Positions 1-12,190 of a stretch of DNA of 64,000 nucleotides are shown here, in pieces. The translations under genes and the position numbers were made by a program. Within the stretch, counting starts at the first letter, position 1; each line of letters opens with the position of its first letter. Origin of the DNA: Octopus vulgaris (Eukaryota); the NCBI GenBank assembly GCA_951406725.2, contig OX597814.1:220534001-220598000 (forward strand). The letters run 5' to 3'. Under the pieces are notes generated by a model that saw only the letters and a program-made list of their open reading frames with translations, ran no database searches and had not been told where the DNA came from.

Positions 1-2214
1 CCAGTTACTCCAATCATGTGGAATGGGAGGCTGACAAGATCCTTATGGACATTTCATTGTTTTAATCTAACAATTATGAATATACTCTATAGCCTCTTCT
101 ACTGATTATATGGTCCACCAAACAAAAATCAAAATTTTATTTACATTTGATATCTATATTTTTTTTTACTTCTAGACACAAAGCTAATCACCTCAGATAT
201 CTATGGTTATTCAGCTAATGTTTACTGGATTCTGTTTACCTAAGATATTCTTATCACAGTCTTTGATACCATCCATTTTGTCAAACTAGTACTTTATCAA
301 AGAGTTCGCAAATATATGTAGTCATTTAATAAGCAAAGGATTATTCTTTTCAAATATAAAAGGTAAAGATAAAAAAAAGCCTGCTTTTGTGAACTGACTC
401 AATATATAAATTGAATGAAAAAAGTCCTAAGAACAACAACCACCTCAGAGTAAACCAATACTTCACAGTAAGTTATCAAATTATGTTCTGCAAAAAGCCA
501 CACCTATAACACGCTATAGATAAATAAAAGTATATAATATAAAAGAAAAAGAAGCCCAGAAAACAGTAAGAGTAAAGTTATTAGTTTGTAGAAAGTGTAC
601 GCACTCTTTGATGCTGTTTTAAATCAAAGATTAAAAGTATCAATGACAAGCTTATATGAAAATTAAAATTAGGGGGTTCTAAAGAATAAAAATATTGCCT
701 GTCATTATTTCGCTTCAAGAAACTTGGAAAATATTAATTCTGTTTGAGATCAAAGTTTAAAGTAAAATAAATTATATAGTCAAAGAGTGTTGCTATAAGT
801 ACTAGTTCACAAACCCAATTATTGCTTAACAAATAATATTCAAGAATTAAGATTAATTTAGTAACACTATTTTGTTCAATTCCAGTCAAATTTTCTTTCA
901 GACAATATTTTTTTACAGTAGCTTTCAGACTGTTGTTCTAATCTGAGCAACTCAAGTGATTTATGTGATGCACCATATTCTCCTTGCCTGTTTCACCATT
1001 TCAAGTATTTTTAATGAAACTATAAACCAAGTGCAATTACTTCAAGAACACGGAAAAAAGTGATGTATAGAGAAAACTATGACAGCTCTTAAGAATTATC
1101 AAGATGCTGCGGAACTGAAAACATACAGGTCCTTATTGATAGCATAAAGTGCTTGGAAATGTTTACAGTTTAGTTCCAGTTACCTTTGATTAACCAGGGC
1201 TATTATTACCTGTGATACCAAAAGAAGAATCTGACAACTATCTTACATAATAATTATCTTACTTTTGATTAATCACTGCCTAAATTTCTCAAACCTAGAT
1301 GAACCTTTAATCACAAATATCTTAAAAGTTCTAAAAGCATAAATTCATTGCTTCATAAGCTTGGACTTTTATTTGAAGAAGATTACACTTTTGGCTGTTT
1401 AATATTCTCAATCAATTAGAAGCATCAGTGGATGTGATGTTAAGGTTCAGATATTCACCACCCAAGAGGGAAGAAGAGCTAAATCAACATTGAAAAGATC
1501 TAAACCCAAAATTGTTAAGAATTAATCTATTACACAGAGAGAACCTTTATGGTACCATTGAGTCATTATCTAATTGTAGGGTAATTACAAACACTGCAAT
1601 TAGTGGTAGTTAAAAGAAATATAATTTACGCTACTTGTTCTATCTACCCGAAAATAAAAGTATGGTTCTCATGAGATTGTTGAGTAGTTAGCATGAATTC
1701 ATAGTAAAGTCAGGTCAGAACGTTCAGAACCAACCAATCCTAAATACTATTGGAAAATGCTGGGGGATAGGGGGAGGGAGAGAGAGGGGAGGGAGAAATT
1801 GAAAATAAGATGCAGAAAATCTGCCTCAAGTTAATATTTGTTGAATGACAAACCACATAGATCAGAAAGTCAATTATGGTGACAACTATTGAAAGAAAAT
1901 ATCAAGGCTTTCTCCATCCTTTTGAGAAATGCTACACGCATCAAAGTTGGCAAGAATACAATTAATTGCTTGTTTAACAAAATATATTAGACAAAAGATG
2001 GTTAACCTTGATGGTTGACTTGTTCCAAACGTGTATAAAAGATACATCATATTCCCTGAAAGTCATTCTTAATACTAACAAAATTCTTCAAAACTAAATT
2101 GACCCAAACAGTTTCTTAAATTTCTCCAAGCATAAATTCACTGCAATGTAGGATGCAGATTTTATTTAAAGAAAACTTTTGGTAATCTAATATTCTTAAC
2201 CAATGAGAAACCTT

Positions 2215-2445
2215 GGCGGCGAGCTGGCAGAGACGTTAACACACCGGACGAAATGCTTAGTGGTATTTCGTCTGACACTACGTTCTGAGTTCAAATTCCA
2301 CCAAGGTCGACTTTGCCTTTCATCCTTTCAGAGTCGATTAAATAAGTACCAGTTATGGACTGGGGTCAATATAATCAACTTAATCCGTTTGTCTGTCCTT
2401 GTTTGTTTCCTCTCTGTGTAGCCCCTTGTGAGCAGTAAAGAAATA
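2215..2445 (+). mobile_element. tRNA-derived SINE, family A (Meta/MESC-like central domain), tail type A1, full length
   Basis: Head ggcggcgagctggcaga, B-box-like gagttcaaattcc, central gactttgcctttcatcctttcagagtcga..taagtaccag. Flanked by agaaa(c/t)ctt duplication at 2206 and 2446. Many homologues in the window. Confidence 0.85.
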
Positions 2446-2710
2446 AGAAATCTTGGTGGCTGTGATGTCAAGCTTCCTAAAGTAGGATTTGTTGCACCAC
2501 CAGGCCAGTCTGACCACAAAACTTCACTTGTTTAAGTATGCATTACTGAAACGAAGTATTATAGCAACTTTACAATTCAGAAAATGGCAAAAGAAATTAA
2601 TGCAAGTGACATGTAAATGTTCAAATTTAGAAGAGAAAACATTATATTCATGCTATCATTTCTACCATCCTTGAACCACAGGTTTTCATTGAAGACCTTC
2701 TCAGTCATGT

Positions 2711-2938
2711 TTAACCCTTTAGCATTTAAACCCACCATATCCGGCCAAAAGTATTCTGCCTGTTTTATGGTCAAACTGGCCAGATCTGGTCTCTCACACC
2801 AACCCTACAATATCGTTTTAAAAATTAACAGCTACCTCATCAAAATCTCATAGCTACAAGAGAATGCATGATTAGTTCAAAACAATGTGGATGAAGAAGC
2901 ATAATTTTGGCAGAATAATGCGAACACTAAAGGGTTAA
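2711..2938. mobile_element. piggyBac-type MITE (copy 1)
   Basis: TTAA|ccctttag ... ctaaaggg|TTAA termini, about 225 bp, non-coding. Confidence 0.8.
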
Positions 2939-3158
2939 TCTTTCAGCATCCAGATTACTCTGTCAAATATGATGCTTATTCACAATGCTTTGAATTAATC
3001 ATGCATTACTTTGTAGCTTTGAGATTTCAATGATGGGATAGTGTATTTTTAGAAAGTCATTACGGGGTAAGTGTGAGAGGCTGGATCTGGCCAGTTTGAA
3101 CATAAAACAGGAAGAATGTTTTAGTCAAACACAGCCAGTTTAAATGCTAGAGGGTTAA
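2935..3158. mobile_element. piggyBac-type MITE (copy 2, inverted relative to copy 1)
   Basis: Reverse-complement homologue of 2711-2938 (gtgtgagaggctggatctggccagtttgaacataaaacagg vs cctgttttatggtcaaactggccagatctggtctctcacac). Ends gctagaggg|TTAA and shares TTAA 2935-2938. Confidence 0.8.
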
Positions 3159-3743
3159 ATTATCTCACTGCTGTATCTATCATTGAGTTCAACCAGCATT
3201 ACATACCGCAAGTCTCAAACTGTATATATCAAGTACTGCTACATGAGATAAATCTACATGGTCTTAATATCATAAATATCATGTTGCAACACTATCATCA
3301 ATTTGCTTCAGCCAGTGAGGACCTTCAGCACATCCAGAAATAATGCAAAGTCAATCAAATGGAAGAAAATAATTATTCATGTGTCAAGTCCCTCTCGGCC
3401 TTAAAAAAACAAAAACAAAACCCAAAAACAAAATGTGTAGCTAATAATTCCAACCAATAAGTTTAAATTTAGTTATAGGGGGGTATGTCAATACTGTGTG
3501 GTTGTTTGAACGGCTAGAAAGCCCAGCCTAATATGATTATAACGGGTGTACCAACACTGAGGTTTCTGTGTAATTGCTTGGCCTGTTAAAAAGCACAGCC
3601 AAAACTAAACAACAACATCAGCAATAATTCTGGTTTCACTGTAGTGTTGAGTCCTTAAGCAGAGTATATAACGCTACAATCTAGCTCTTACCATTAATTA
3701 TAGCACTATACCTACTTCCACAATTGATAAAGAACTTTGCAAC

Positions 3744-3976
3744 TATTCTTTTATTCTTTTACTTTTTTCAGTAATTTCATTGCGGCCATACTGGAGTACC
3801 GTCTTGAAGGGTTTTAGTCAAACAAATCAACCCCAGGACTTATTATTTTTTTTTAAAGCCTAGTACTTATTCTACCAGTCTCTATTGCTGAACTGCTAAG
3901 TTATGGGGATGTAAACACACCAACACCGGTTGTCAAGTAGTGATAGGAGGGACAAACATACAAAAAGACATACATA

Positions 3977-4018
<42 letters not shown>

Positions 4019-4329
4019 CAGAGTCATGCCACATAAATGTTATGTCATGTTTTGTATTAAATAATAAGCTATAAATACGGTCCAATCGATGTGTTTGTTG
4101 ATCTGAGATTTTCTCCATTTCCTGATTATTTATATATCTCTATATATATATATATCTATATATATATGATAGGCTTTTTTCAGCCTCTGTCTACCAAATC
4201 CACTTACAAGTCTTTTGTTGGCCCAAGGCTATATTAGAAGACATTTGCTCAAGGTACTACACAGTGAAACTGAACCCAAAACCTTGTGGTTGGTAAGCAA
4301 GCTTCTTACCACACAGCCGTGCCTGCGCC
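3744..4329 (-). mobile_element. SINE family B (tRNA-like head, CORE-like gggcaagtgtctt, internal TA/TG microsatellite), diverged copy
   Basis: Homologous to 38245-38654 at both ends; expanded internal (TA)n region with extra sequence. Confidence 0.85.
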
Positions 4330-5853
4330 AATGTGATACCAGTGAACCGATGGTAATTTACAATAAATTAACAAGAAAGCTTTCTGTATTTCTTGCAATA
4401 CCCATTAAAAAAGCAAGACATCTTAGGTTTCTAGATGTTCCCTACTTCCTCCTTATTTAAATAAATAAAAGCCTTTATAATTGGGAGGGGGTGGGGAGAA
4501 TTACAATGATTATATTATTCATCAGTAGCATAGATAAGAAAAAAAGATAAGAAGTTTATGAACTGGGCAACGTCCTTAACAATAGTGAAGTTGTTTAGAA
4601 ATGTTTGGGGTGGTAGCAGAAAAAGTTGTTTTTTTTAAATGCAACCAATGTATTATTATTTATCAGTTTCTATATCTTTTTTCTTTCCCCTTTCTAATTT
4701 TCTAAATGTATCTTACATCTGTTTCTAGTTATTGTTACTGCTTGGGTGCTTCTGTAAAGTTGGGGACTGGGCAGAGATGACTGAATTTGTTAGCTATATT
4801 AAACTTGAAAGCTTAAAGTAAGTAATTGTTATAGTTTAGGTTATTAGCTAATATGCTAAAATCAGCAGGATAATAATCCTCATTCTGCTAAGGACACAAT
4901 GTCATGGCTAGTCTAATAACAACAGATTTTTGTACTTTGATAATTTAAAATATAGAAGCCAAGTCTGAAATCAGATTAGCCCAACCAACCAGTAGTTAAT
5001 TGCAAATTTCAACTTTCTCTTCAATTATAGACTCTGAGAGAATGGTGGAAGTGCGTGTACATGTGTGTTTGTGTGCACTTAATGATATAAAAAAAACTAC
5101 CATCTCCAAAGTTTTAAATAGATAGGAGGGTTGAGTGTGGAAAATGAAAATAAAAATGGAAATAATATAAATCAAAAATTTAAACAATCAAAACAATTGT
5201 CTAAGAAACTAAACTAACATAATGGGAAGTAAAAATAAACTTTCGGTTGACAACTTGATCACAAGCCGAAAATAAAATCATCTAAAACAGTTGAGTATAT
5301 TCTTCCTTTTATATTTTCCTTCATCTGGAAAAGCTAATGCTAATAAAAATAGATTTCCATGAAAGTTACAAATCATCTTGATTTCAAGAATTGAGAGTCA
5401 GAGCGTATACGTCTGTGTGTGTCTAAAAGTCAGAAAACACACACACATGCTCATATGTATACACAATATAAACTCTTTTTTTTTTCACCTTAAACAACCT
5501 GCATGCTATACCACCACCACACAAAACCCATAATCTTTGTCATGTTCATTCCTCACCAGTAGCTGTCAGCTGGAATAAATTTCTCATATGACATTTTCTT
5601 TGGTGTATGATCAGAAAACAGTTCTATTTACTAACTCCTGCAAGTTAATAAGTATTATGGGTAATGTTATTGCATTTATGATGCAGCTTTAAAAGCAAAA
5701 TAATAGCACTTGTATTATTAATTAGGGGATAAAGATAATCTTAGTGTTTTTTAGAACATTTTCCATCTCCCACTCATCCTTTTAATTACAAATGTCTTCA
5801 GCATGTTGTGCAGATTTAGCTTTCTATTTAAAAAAAGGAATAATTCCATCTAT

Positions 5854-6011
5854 AGGTACACATATGGCTGAGTGGTTGGGGAGTTCACTTTGCAACCATC
5901 TGTTTTTGAGTTCAGTCCCACTGCGCAGCACCTTGGGCATGTGTCTTCTACTACAGTCCTAGGTTGACCAATGCCTCATGTAGAAGATAGATAAATACAG
6001 GGAGGCAGCCT

Positions 6012-6058
<47 letters not shown>

Positions 6059-6280
6059 ATGTATTTGTTTTTGTCTTCTTCACCACTTAAAAACTAGTGT
6101 TGGTTTGTTTAAATCCTGTGCCTTGATGCTTTGGCAAACAGAATGACAGAGTACCAGACTTAATATAAAAAAAGAAGTACTAGGGTTAATCTGATTGACT
6201 AAATCCCCAAAGGTGGTGACCCAGCATAGGAACAGTCCAAAGACTGAAATAAAGTAACAAAATGAAATAATAAAAGAATA
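5854..6280 (+). mobile_element. SINE family B, old copy
   Basis: gttcagtcccactgcgcagcaccttgggcatgtgtcttctacta, internal (TG)n, 3' ccagcat..cagtccaaagactgaaa. Confidence 0.8.
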
Positions 6281-8265
6281 TAAAAATGAAGAATTACAAA
6301 TACTAAACCACTCAAGTTAATATTTGATCTAAAAGTGTACGACATCAAACTGCAGATATATATACTTGTTAAATTGTGTACTCAATCCAGATTTTTTTTC
6401 CATTCTCAATTGTAAACATGTTAGAGTAGTACTTGAGTAGCAAGGGATTTGATCTGATACCTGAAGCAGGTGTACCGATCCACTGTAACTATCAGTGACC
6501 AGGTTGCAGTTGTGCATTGAAACTTTGAACACCTTGTTAAACAAAGTTTGAGTAAATTTATCAGGTTTGCTATTAAATGGCTTTTCCACAACCTAAGCAT
6601 CTCCCTTCAATTCCGCTGAAAAACAAAGCTGAAACAAGCAGAGCTATTCAAAGAGACTCATGTGCGACTGGAATAACTCACCTTACAGGTTAATTGGCAG
6701 CTAGCTTAAATATTGACAATTATGACAGTTTTTTTGGGGGGGGGGTCTAATCATAAGATGAGTTCATTAAATTTTTCGTATTTACAAGAAAGAAACACAG
6801 ATATCTACGTAAAACGGATAAATTGAAAAATGAATAAATAAATAAAAGCAATATTTGTCATGGTGATTATGGGGTATGTTTCTTGTACAAGTATTAAACT
6901 AAGCTTATATTACAAACCTTTACAACAAGATTTATCATCATCATCATCAACAACAACAACACCAACACTGAAGTAACTTGCAGTAGAGTTTACTTCTAAC
7001 ACTGCCAGGCAGCAAACTTAATAAAACAAGTTTCCCATAATCTCTTAAGTGTGAGTTCTTAAATCAAAGACAAACCTATTTAATGCAGATGGATCACACA
7101 CTGATGTTCTTTTGACAACTTTTACACTGTAGAACGCTTGATTCAGAGTTTTCTGAAGCTATTCATCAACAATTAAATCTATTCAGAGCTTACAGAACAT
7201 CAGTTAATTGATGAATTCTGTTGGATTTGATTGCAGTTGCAATCAGTGCCTATAGTGTCCCAATTTCTTGGTTAACTTCAGTTCCTCACTCTTGATCAAC
7301 ATATGTGTGATCAGGAACAATGATGCATATGTTTACAGAAAAATCTTCTTTCATTGCAGAAGTTACTGTCAAGATTCCGACAATATAAAATGAAATATAA
7401 AAACAAAAAAAAACATAAATAGATTATAAAACTTGCAGACAAGTATACATCTTTAACAAAAGGTCTGGATGGAGAAAATGCGTTGCCACAAACATAATAT
7501 CAATAGCATAAAAAAAAAAGTTGTTTGATCATACAAACAGCAAAACTAAATAAGAAAATAAAGAAGACAAAAAAAAAACCTTTCTGAAACAAGAAAAGAT
7601 AAATAAATAAATAAATAATAAAAGAGAACTATGAATTGTAGAACACTTCTGAAATGACAGCTACTGGTTGCCACAAGATCAATAAAGCTAACTTTTGCAT
7701 CATTGAAACCATTTTATCAAAGACGACGGATGTTGCTGTCAACTATATAAGAAATCATATATTTGGGAATAAAATTCAGCTAAAGATGTATTTTTCCCCC
7801 TTGTTTGATATGTCATTTAAGAAAAGAAAGCTTTCCCTCATGGGGTACAATAATTAGACAGACAGCATTGATGAGAAGAAAATACACACAAGAAACTAGA
7901 CTTTTATGAAATTTGCCAAACAAAATAAACATGTCAAACACAAAACTTTGTTACGATGAAAAAAAAACCAAATTCATTTGGAAATTAAATTTGTTTTTTT
8001 TCTTGCAGTACAACATGAATTTTAATTTTATTGATTTTAAAATATCATGGAGGGTAATTTTGAAAATAACACATGATAAGCTTTCAACGGTTGGCTAGTT
8101 ATTAAATTTCAGAGATATCTGCTTCTTAATTGGGGAATGAGAGTAGTATCTTTTGGGCTAGAGTAATTTGAATTTTGCCGTAAAAATACATTTTACAATA
8201 GCTGTAGCTAAGTTTCTATTTGTAGCATTGTTCAACTTTTCAACTATGCATCTAAATAATAACAG

Positions 8266-8478
8266 TAATGGTTTCAAATTTTGTCACAAGGCCAGCAATT
8301 GCGGGGATGGGGGTAAGTCAATTATATCAACCACAGTGCTCAAATGGCACTTATTTTATCGACCCCTAAAGGATGAATGGCAAAGTCATCCTTGGGGGAA
8401 TTTGAACTCAGAATGTAAGGTCAGACAAAATACCACTAAGCATTTTTCCCAGTGTGCTAATGATTCTGCCAGCTTACT
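8266..8478 (-). mobile_element. SINE family A, tail type A2
   Basis: Reverse complement of the family A head and body; homologous to 34168-34383; followed by (ATG/ATA)n. Confidence 0.8.
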
Positions 8479-8480
8479 GC

Positions 8481-8527
8481 TAATGATGATAATAATAACA
8501 ATAATGATAATGATAATGATGATAATG

Positions 8528-8562
<35 letters not shown>
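8481..8562. repeat. (ATG)n/(ATA)n microsatellite
   Basis: Direct reading. Confidence 0.95.
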
Positions 8563-8563
<1 letters not shown>

Positions 8564-8986
8564 TCAAGACCTACCAAAAACTGAGCAAATATAAAGATCT
8601 TGAAATAGAAATCTGCAAAATGCAGAACCTGAAGACTAAAACAATACCTGTTGTCATAGGTGCCCTGGGAATGATAGCAAAAGGGGCTGATTGCTACCTA
8701 ACTCAGATATCAGGAAACCCCAAAATGGCAGAAATTCAAAAGCTAGTGCTCATGGGAACTGCTCATATTCTATGCAAAATACTTTCTATGTAATCTCAAG
8801 TTTTAAAACAAACATAATTTTCATATAGTTTTTTAGACATTCACTAGTACAACACTAAGTACAAAACCAAATATATGGCACCCTAGGCATAACACCAACA
8901 TGAACTTCCAGCTTGTTGTCTCTTGAGGTCTCTGGGTGAGACTTGGAGCGAACTTGTACAAATGTAAAGCAAAAGTCACACGTAGA
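8563..8986 (+). mobile_element. 5'-truncated R4/Dong-clade non-LTR retrotransposon: C-terminus of the restriction-like endonuclease domain plus 3' UTR
   Basis: 8563-8793 is open: VKTYQKLSKYKDLEIEICKMQNLKTKTIPVVIGALGMIAKG...EIQKLVLMGTAHILCKILSM*, the K..KY.DL / PVVIGALG / Q...L.GTAHIL signature. (TAA)n on both sides. Confidence 0.85.
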
Positions 8987-8994
8987 ATAATAAT

Positions 8995-9188
8995 GATTCT
9001 TTCTACTATAGGGAAGGGATTAGTCGATTAGACTGAGCCCATTTTTTCACTGGTACTTAATTTATGGACCCTGAAAGGCTGAAAAGCAAAGTTGATCTCG
9101 GTGGGATTCAAACTCAGAACATAAAGACGGACGAAATGCTGCTCAGCATTTCGCTCAGTGTGTAACTGATTCAGCCAGTTCGCTGCTT
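8995..9188 (-). mobile_element. SINE family A
   Basis: tggtacttaatttatggaccctgaaaggctgaaaagcaaagttga...cagccagttcgctgc is the reverse complement of family A. Confidence 0.8.
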
Positions 9189-9200
9189 ATAATAATAATG

Positions 9201-9600
9201 TTTTCTTCATTGGCCAGGAGGGCCAAACACAAAACGAAAGGGGACAATACAACACAAGGGACAAGTGGGGCTTAGCACAAAACTTTGTGTACAAAATTTA
9301 AACAAGAACAATTAACGACAAAATTCAACAATAAAATTCTCCACAAGGTGTCAGTTCCACCCAGTGACAACTGAGGAACCTCACATATCTACGTTACCCT
9401 GAATACAAGGGGGCACCTCAGCAGGTGCCTCTCTTCTTCTCAGCTCCTCCAGCTTACAAACATATGTTCAGAGTAGGTTCATTCATGCAGGTCATCCTCA
9501 CCACATTCAGCCACCTTTCAACATAATTACTGAGGGGCAGTACTTCCCTCTCTCCCCTCACTTTCCTTTTCAATTGGAATTTGAAGGAGTCAATAAGGGC
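9201..9600 (-). mobile_element. L1-Tx1-like LINE 3' end (ORF2 C-terminus plus 3' UTR)
   Basis: Minus strand 9600-9454 reads ALIDSFKFQLKRKVRGEREVLPLSNYVERWLNVVRMTCMNEPTLNICL*, then a 3' UTR. (TAA)n on both sides. Tx1-like RT lies just upstream on the same strand. Confidence 0.6.
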
Positions 9601-9625
9601 TAATAATAATAACAATAATAATAAT

Positions 9626-9760
9626 CCTTTCTACTATCAGACACAAAGCCTAAAATTTGTTGGGTGGTTGGACAATACCATCAGTCCCAGTTTTTGAATG
9701 GTATTCCAGTTTTTTCAACTGAAAAAGATGAAAGTCAAAGATGACCTTAGCGGGACTGAA
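9626..9760 (-). mobile_element. SINE family A, degenerate 5'-truncated copy
   Basis: tcctttctactat...gaaaaagatgaaagtcaaagatgaccttagcgggactgaa. Confidence 0.65.
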
Positions 9761-9849
9761 TGATAATAATGGCAAGAATTTAATTTATTTGTCTCAAGGG
9801 TAATTGATGAAGAGGATTTTACAGAGACAAATATAAAATATGGGTGGTT

Positions 9850-10746
9850 ATCACCTGACCAGTGGAATGCACCTCTTCAACAAGAAGTTCAGTAACAGAT
9901 ACTCCAAACTAATCAGACAAAATCTGGCAAAGTTAAACAGCCAGCCAGTACTTTATAAGAGGTGGTGCAGGCAATCAATACCTCTGTCTAATCTTTTATG
10001 GGTCCTCCTCTCACCTATTTCTGGGACAGACAAAGCTACCTTACTCGTAACTTCACTTCTGTCCCTGTCAAACTGAAACAGACCCCCAAGCAGTTTAACT
10101 AGTTCAGCACCCTGCAAATACTGTCCTGAGTTGCAAACCCACAATCTGTGTTTTGGCCAATTTTTGATCCTGTCACTGCCTCCTATTCCTTTATAAGTTT
10201 TCTGACATTAACAACATGGCTCTCCTGTGTCCCAACCCAAACAAGATGGCCTTCAACACCTCTAGGTTTTGCAGTGCATACAGAAAAAATAATACAGGAT
10301 GCTCCTGAAAAACCAAATATATAAGGTTGTCCCAAAAGTTCGTAGAAAGTCTGGGAAAATAATGGTCTTTATTTTGAGGTATAATTTTTGTTGTTTTTGT
10401 TAGTACTTGGCGAGTAAAAATTCAATTTTCGCAAGTGTTTACGAACTTTTGGGACAACCTAATATAATTCAAAATGGTTCCAAGAACCTAGCCATTTAGT
10501 AATGTTCAGGATTGTGCATATTAGTGATTTCCCGATCACATTGTCAACGATTGCCAATCTCTTTGCTACTACTTTGACCAAAACTTAAACTCTGCATTCA
10601 GCAGAATCTATAGGCCAGAAATCATCAATGATGTCCCCCTTGTTCAAGTTGTTTTTCAGTACTGCCATTGCTACCACATCTTTGCTCACGGAATGGGATA
10701 CTCTCCTGTTCTGCTTCCAGTTAGATTAGACATCTGCCAAAATGTC
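9850..10746 (-). pseudogene. L1-Tx1-like reverse transcriptase remnant (frameshifted, internally deleted)
   Basis: Minus-strand motifs in order: DILADV..NWKQN, KGDIIDDFWPI/LLNAEFK/LVKVVAKRLAIV (about 10640-10545), EAVTGSKI, VKLLG, LEYLLLNFLLKRCIPLVR. Interrupted by a mariner MITE. Confidence 0.7.
10322..10462. mobile_element. Tc1/mariner-derived MITE
   Basis: Perfect 21-bp TIR aggttgtcccaaaagttcgta (10324-10344 / 10440-10460), TA dinucleotides on both sides, 141 bp. Confidence 0.9.
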
Positions 10747-10770
10747 AATAATAATAATAATAATAATAAT

Positions 10771-12151
10771 GATAGCACAGTGTTGTGTAAGAAATGAAAC
10801 AGTTTTCCATGAGGAAAGAAAAAAATATACCCAACAGCATAATTGAAATGAAGAACAAAATTTATAAATCAAGTAAAGAATGAAGTTACTCAGACTCCAT
10901 TAAGTACAATTAATACTTGTTTCTTGTCTTGATTTTGCACAAGATAGACTGTTTACACTAACATTTAACAATGTGAGATCACAACAGATAAATATAAAAA
11001 AAAGAGACACATAAAAGAGACCAATTTAAAATAAAATCAATGCTAGTACAATACACCAATCATGACCAACAATATTAAACAACTACAAAAATACTACCTG
11101 CAAACCCGAGTTTTACGATGAACACCATCGCGTGAGTCAACTGCAACCATACAACAAAGCCAGTGCAACATGTGTATGAGAGGATGGTGTCTTGTTAAAA
11201 GGGAAATCACCAACAAAACATCTCACAAGCTTCCACCGAAACAAATGAAAGCTATGAGGGAACAATAGACCAAAGAACAATATGTAGAATGTTATGTATG
11301 AGCTACACTGCCATACTACACCCAACATGTATTATCCTCATAATAAAAAAAGTATATGATCTGGAGATTATAAAAAAAAAAAAAAAAACGAGAAAGCAAC
11401 TAAACCCAAATACATAAATAAGAATATGTAGGTTTAGAATTAGCAATAAAAAAGATCTGAGAAACAGAAATGGAACAAATCATACAAAAGAGCAAACATT
11501 GAAAATATGGCAACAGAATTGACCACACACACACACAGAAAGACAATGTGCCACAAACCAGTGAGCGTAGTACAAACGTATACTAGCACCAGATAAAAAA
11601 AAAGAAACAAACACAAAGACCAACTTCATATATAAATAATAAATGAGACCTTAAAAGACAATAAAAATAACACAAAAGAACTGACCACACATGGAAAGGA
11701 CAAGTCATTACAACACAACAAAAACAGATTCAGTGAGAAAATAATGAAATCTAATATAACAATAATAACTACACAAGACCCTACAGAAACAACCAACAAC
11801 AAAAACAAAATTATATTTTCAGCTTCCGAAAATAACTCTTGTAGTCATAGTACATATTACAATGGAGCAAGTAAAATGAACAGTGAGTAAAATTTAATAG
11901 AAAAAGAGTAAACAAAATGGAAGAAATGACCATAGAAAATTCAATAAATATGGATCAAAGTAAACAACCGCTTAAACAATAGAATATGAATAATAGCCAA
12001 ATATAACCAGGTCTTCCAAGAAATTCTTTCCACAGAAACAAACAGGAACGTGAATAGGTTAAATCGCAACATTTTATCAAGTAGCAATGGAAGTATCAAA
12101 AGAAACTAAGTAGAAACTTAGTGCAGTGAGTCAATTCTCATCTGAACCCAT

Positions 12152-12190
<39 letters not shown>

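Noticed and set aside
6461-6615. Minus-strand exon candidate (tttttcAG ... CAG|GTatca)
   Set aside because: Stops in all three frames and no recognisable peptide; it could only be a UTR or non-coding exon, which I cannot support.
7100-7380. Coding-looking unique stretch
   Set aside because: All frames I read close quickly and I recognised no motif; the same applies to 38700-39420.
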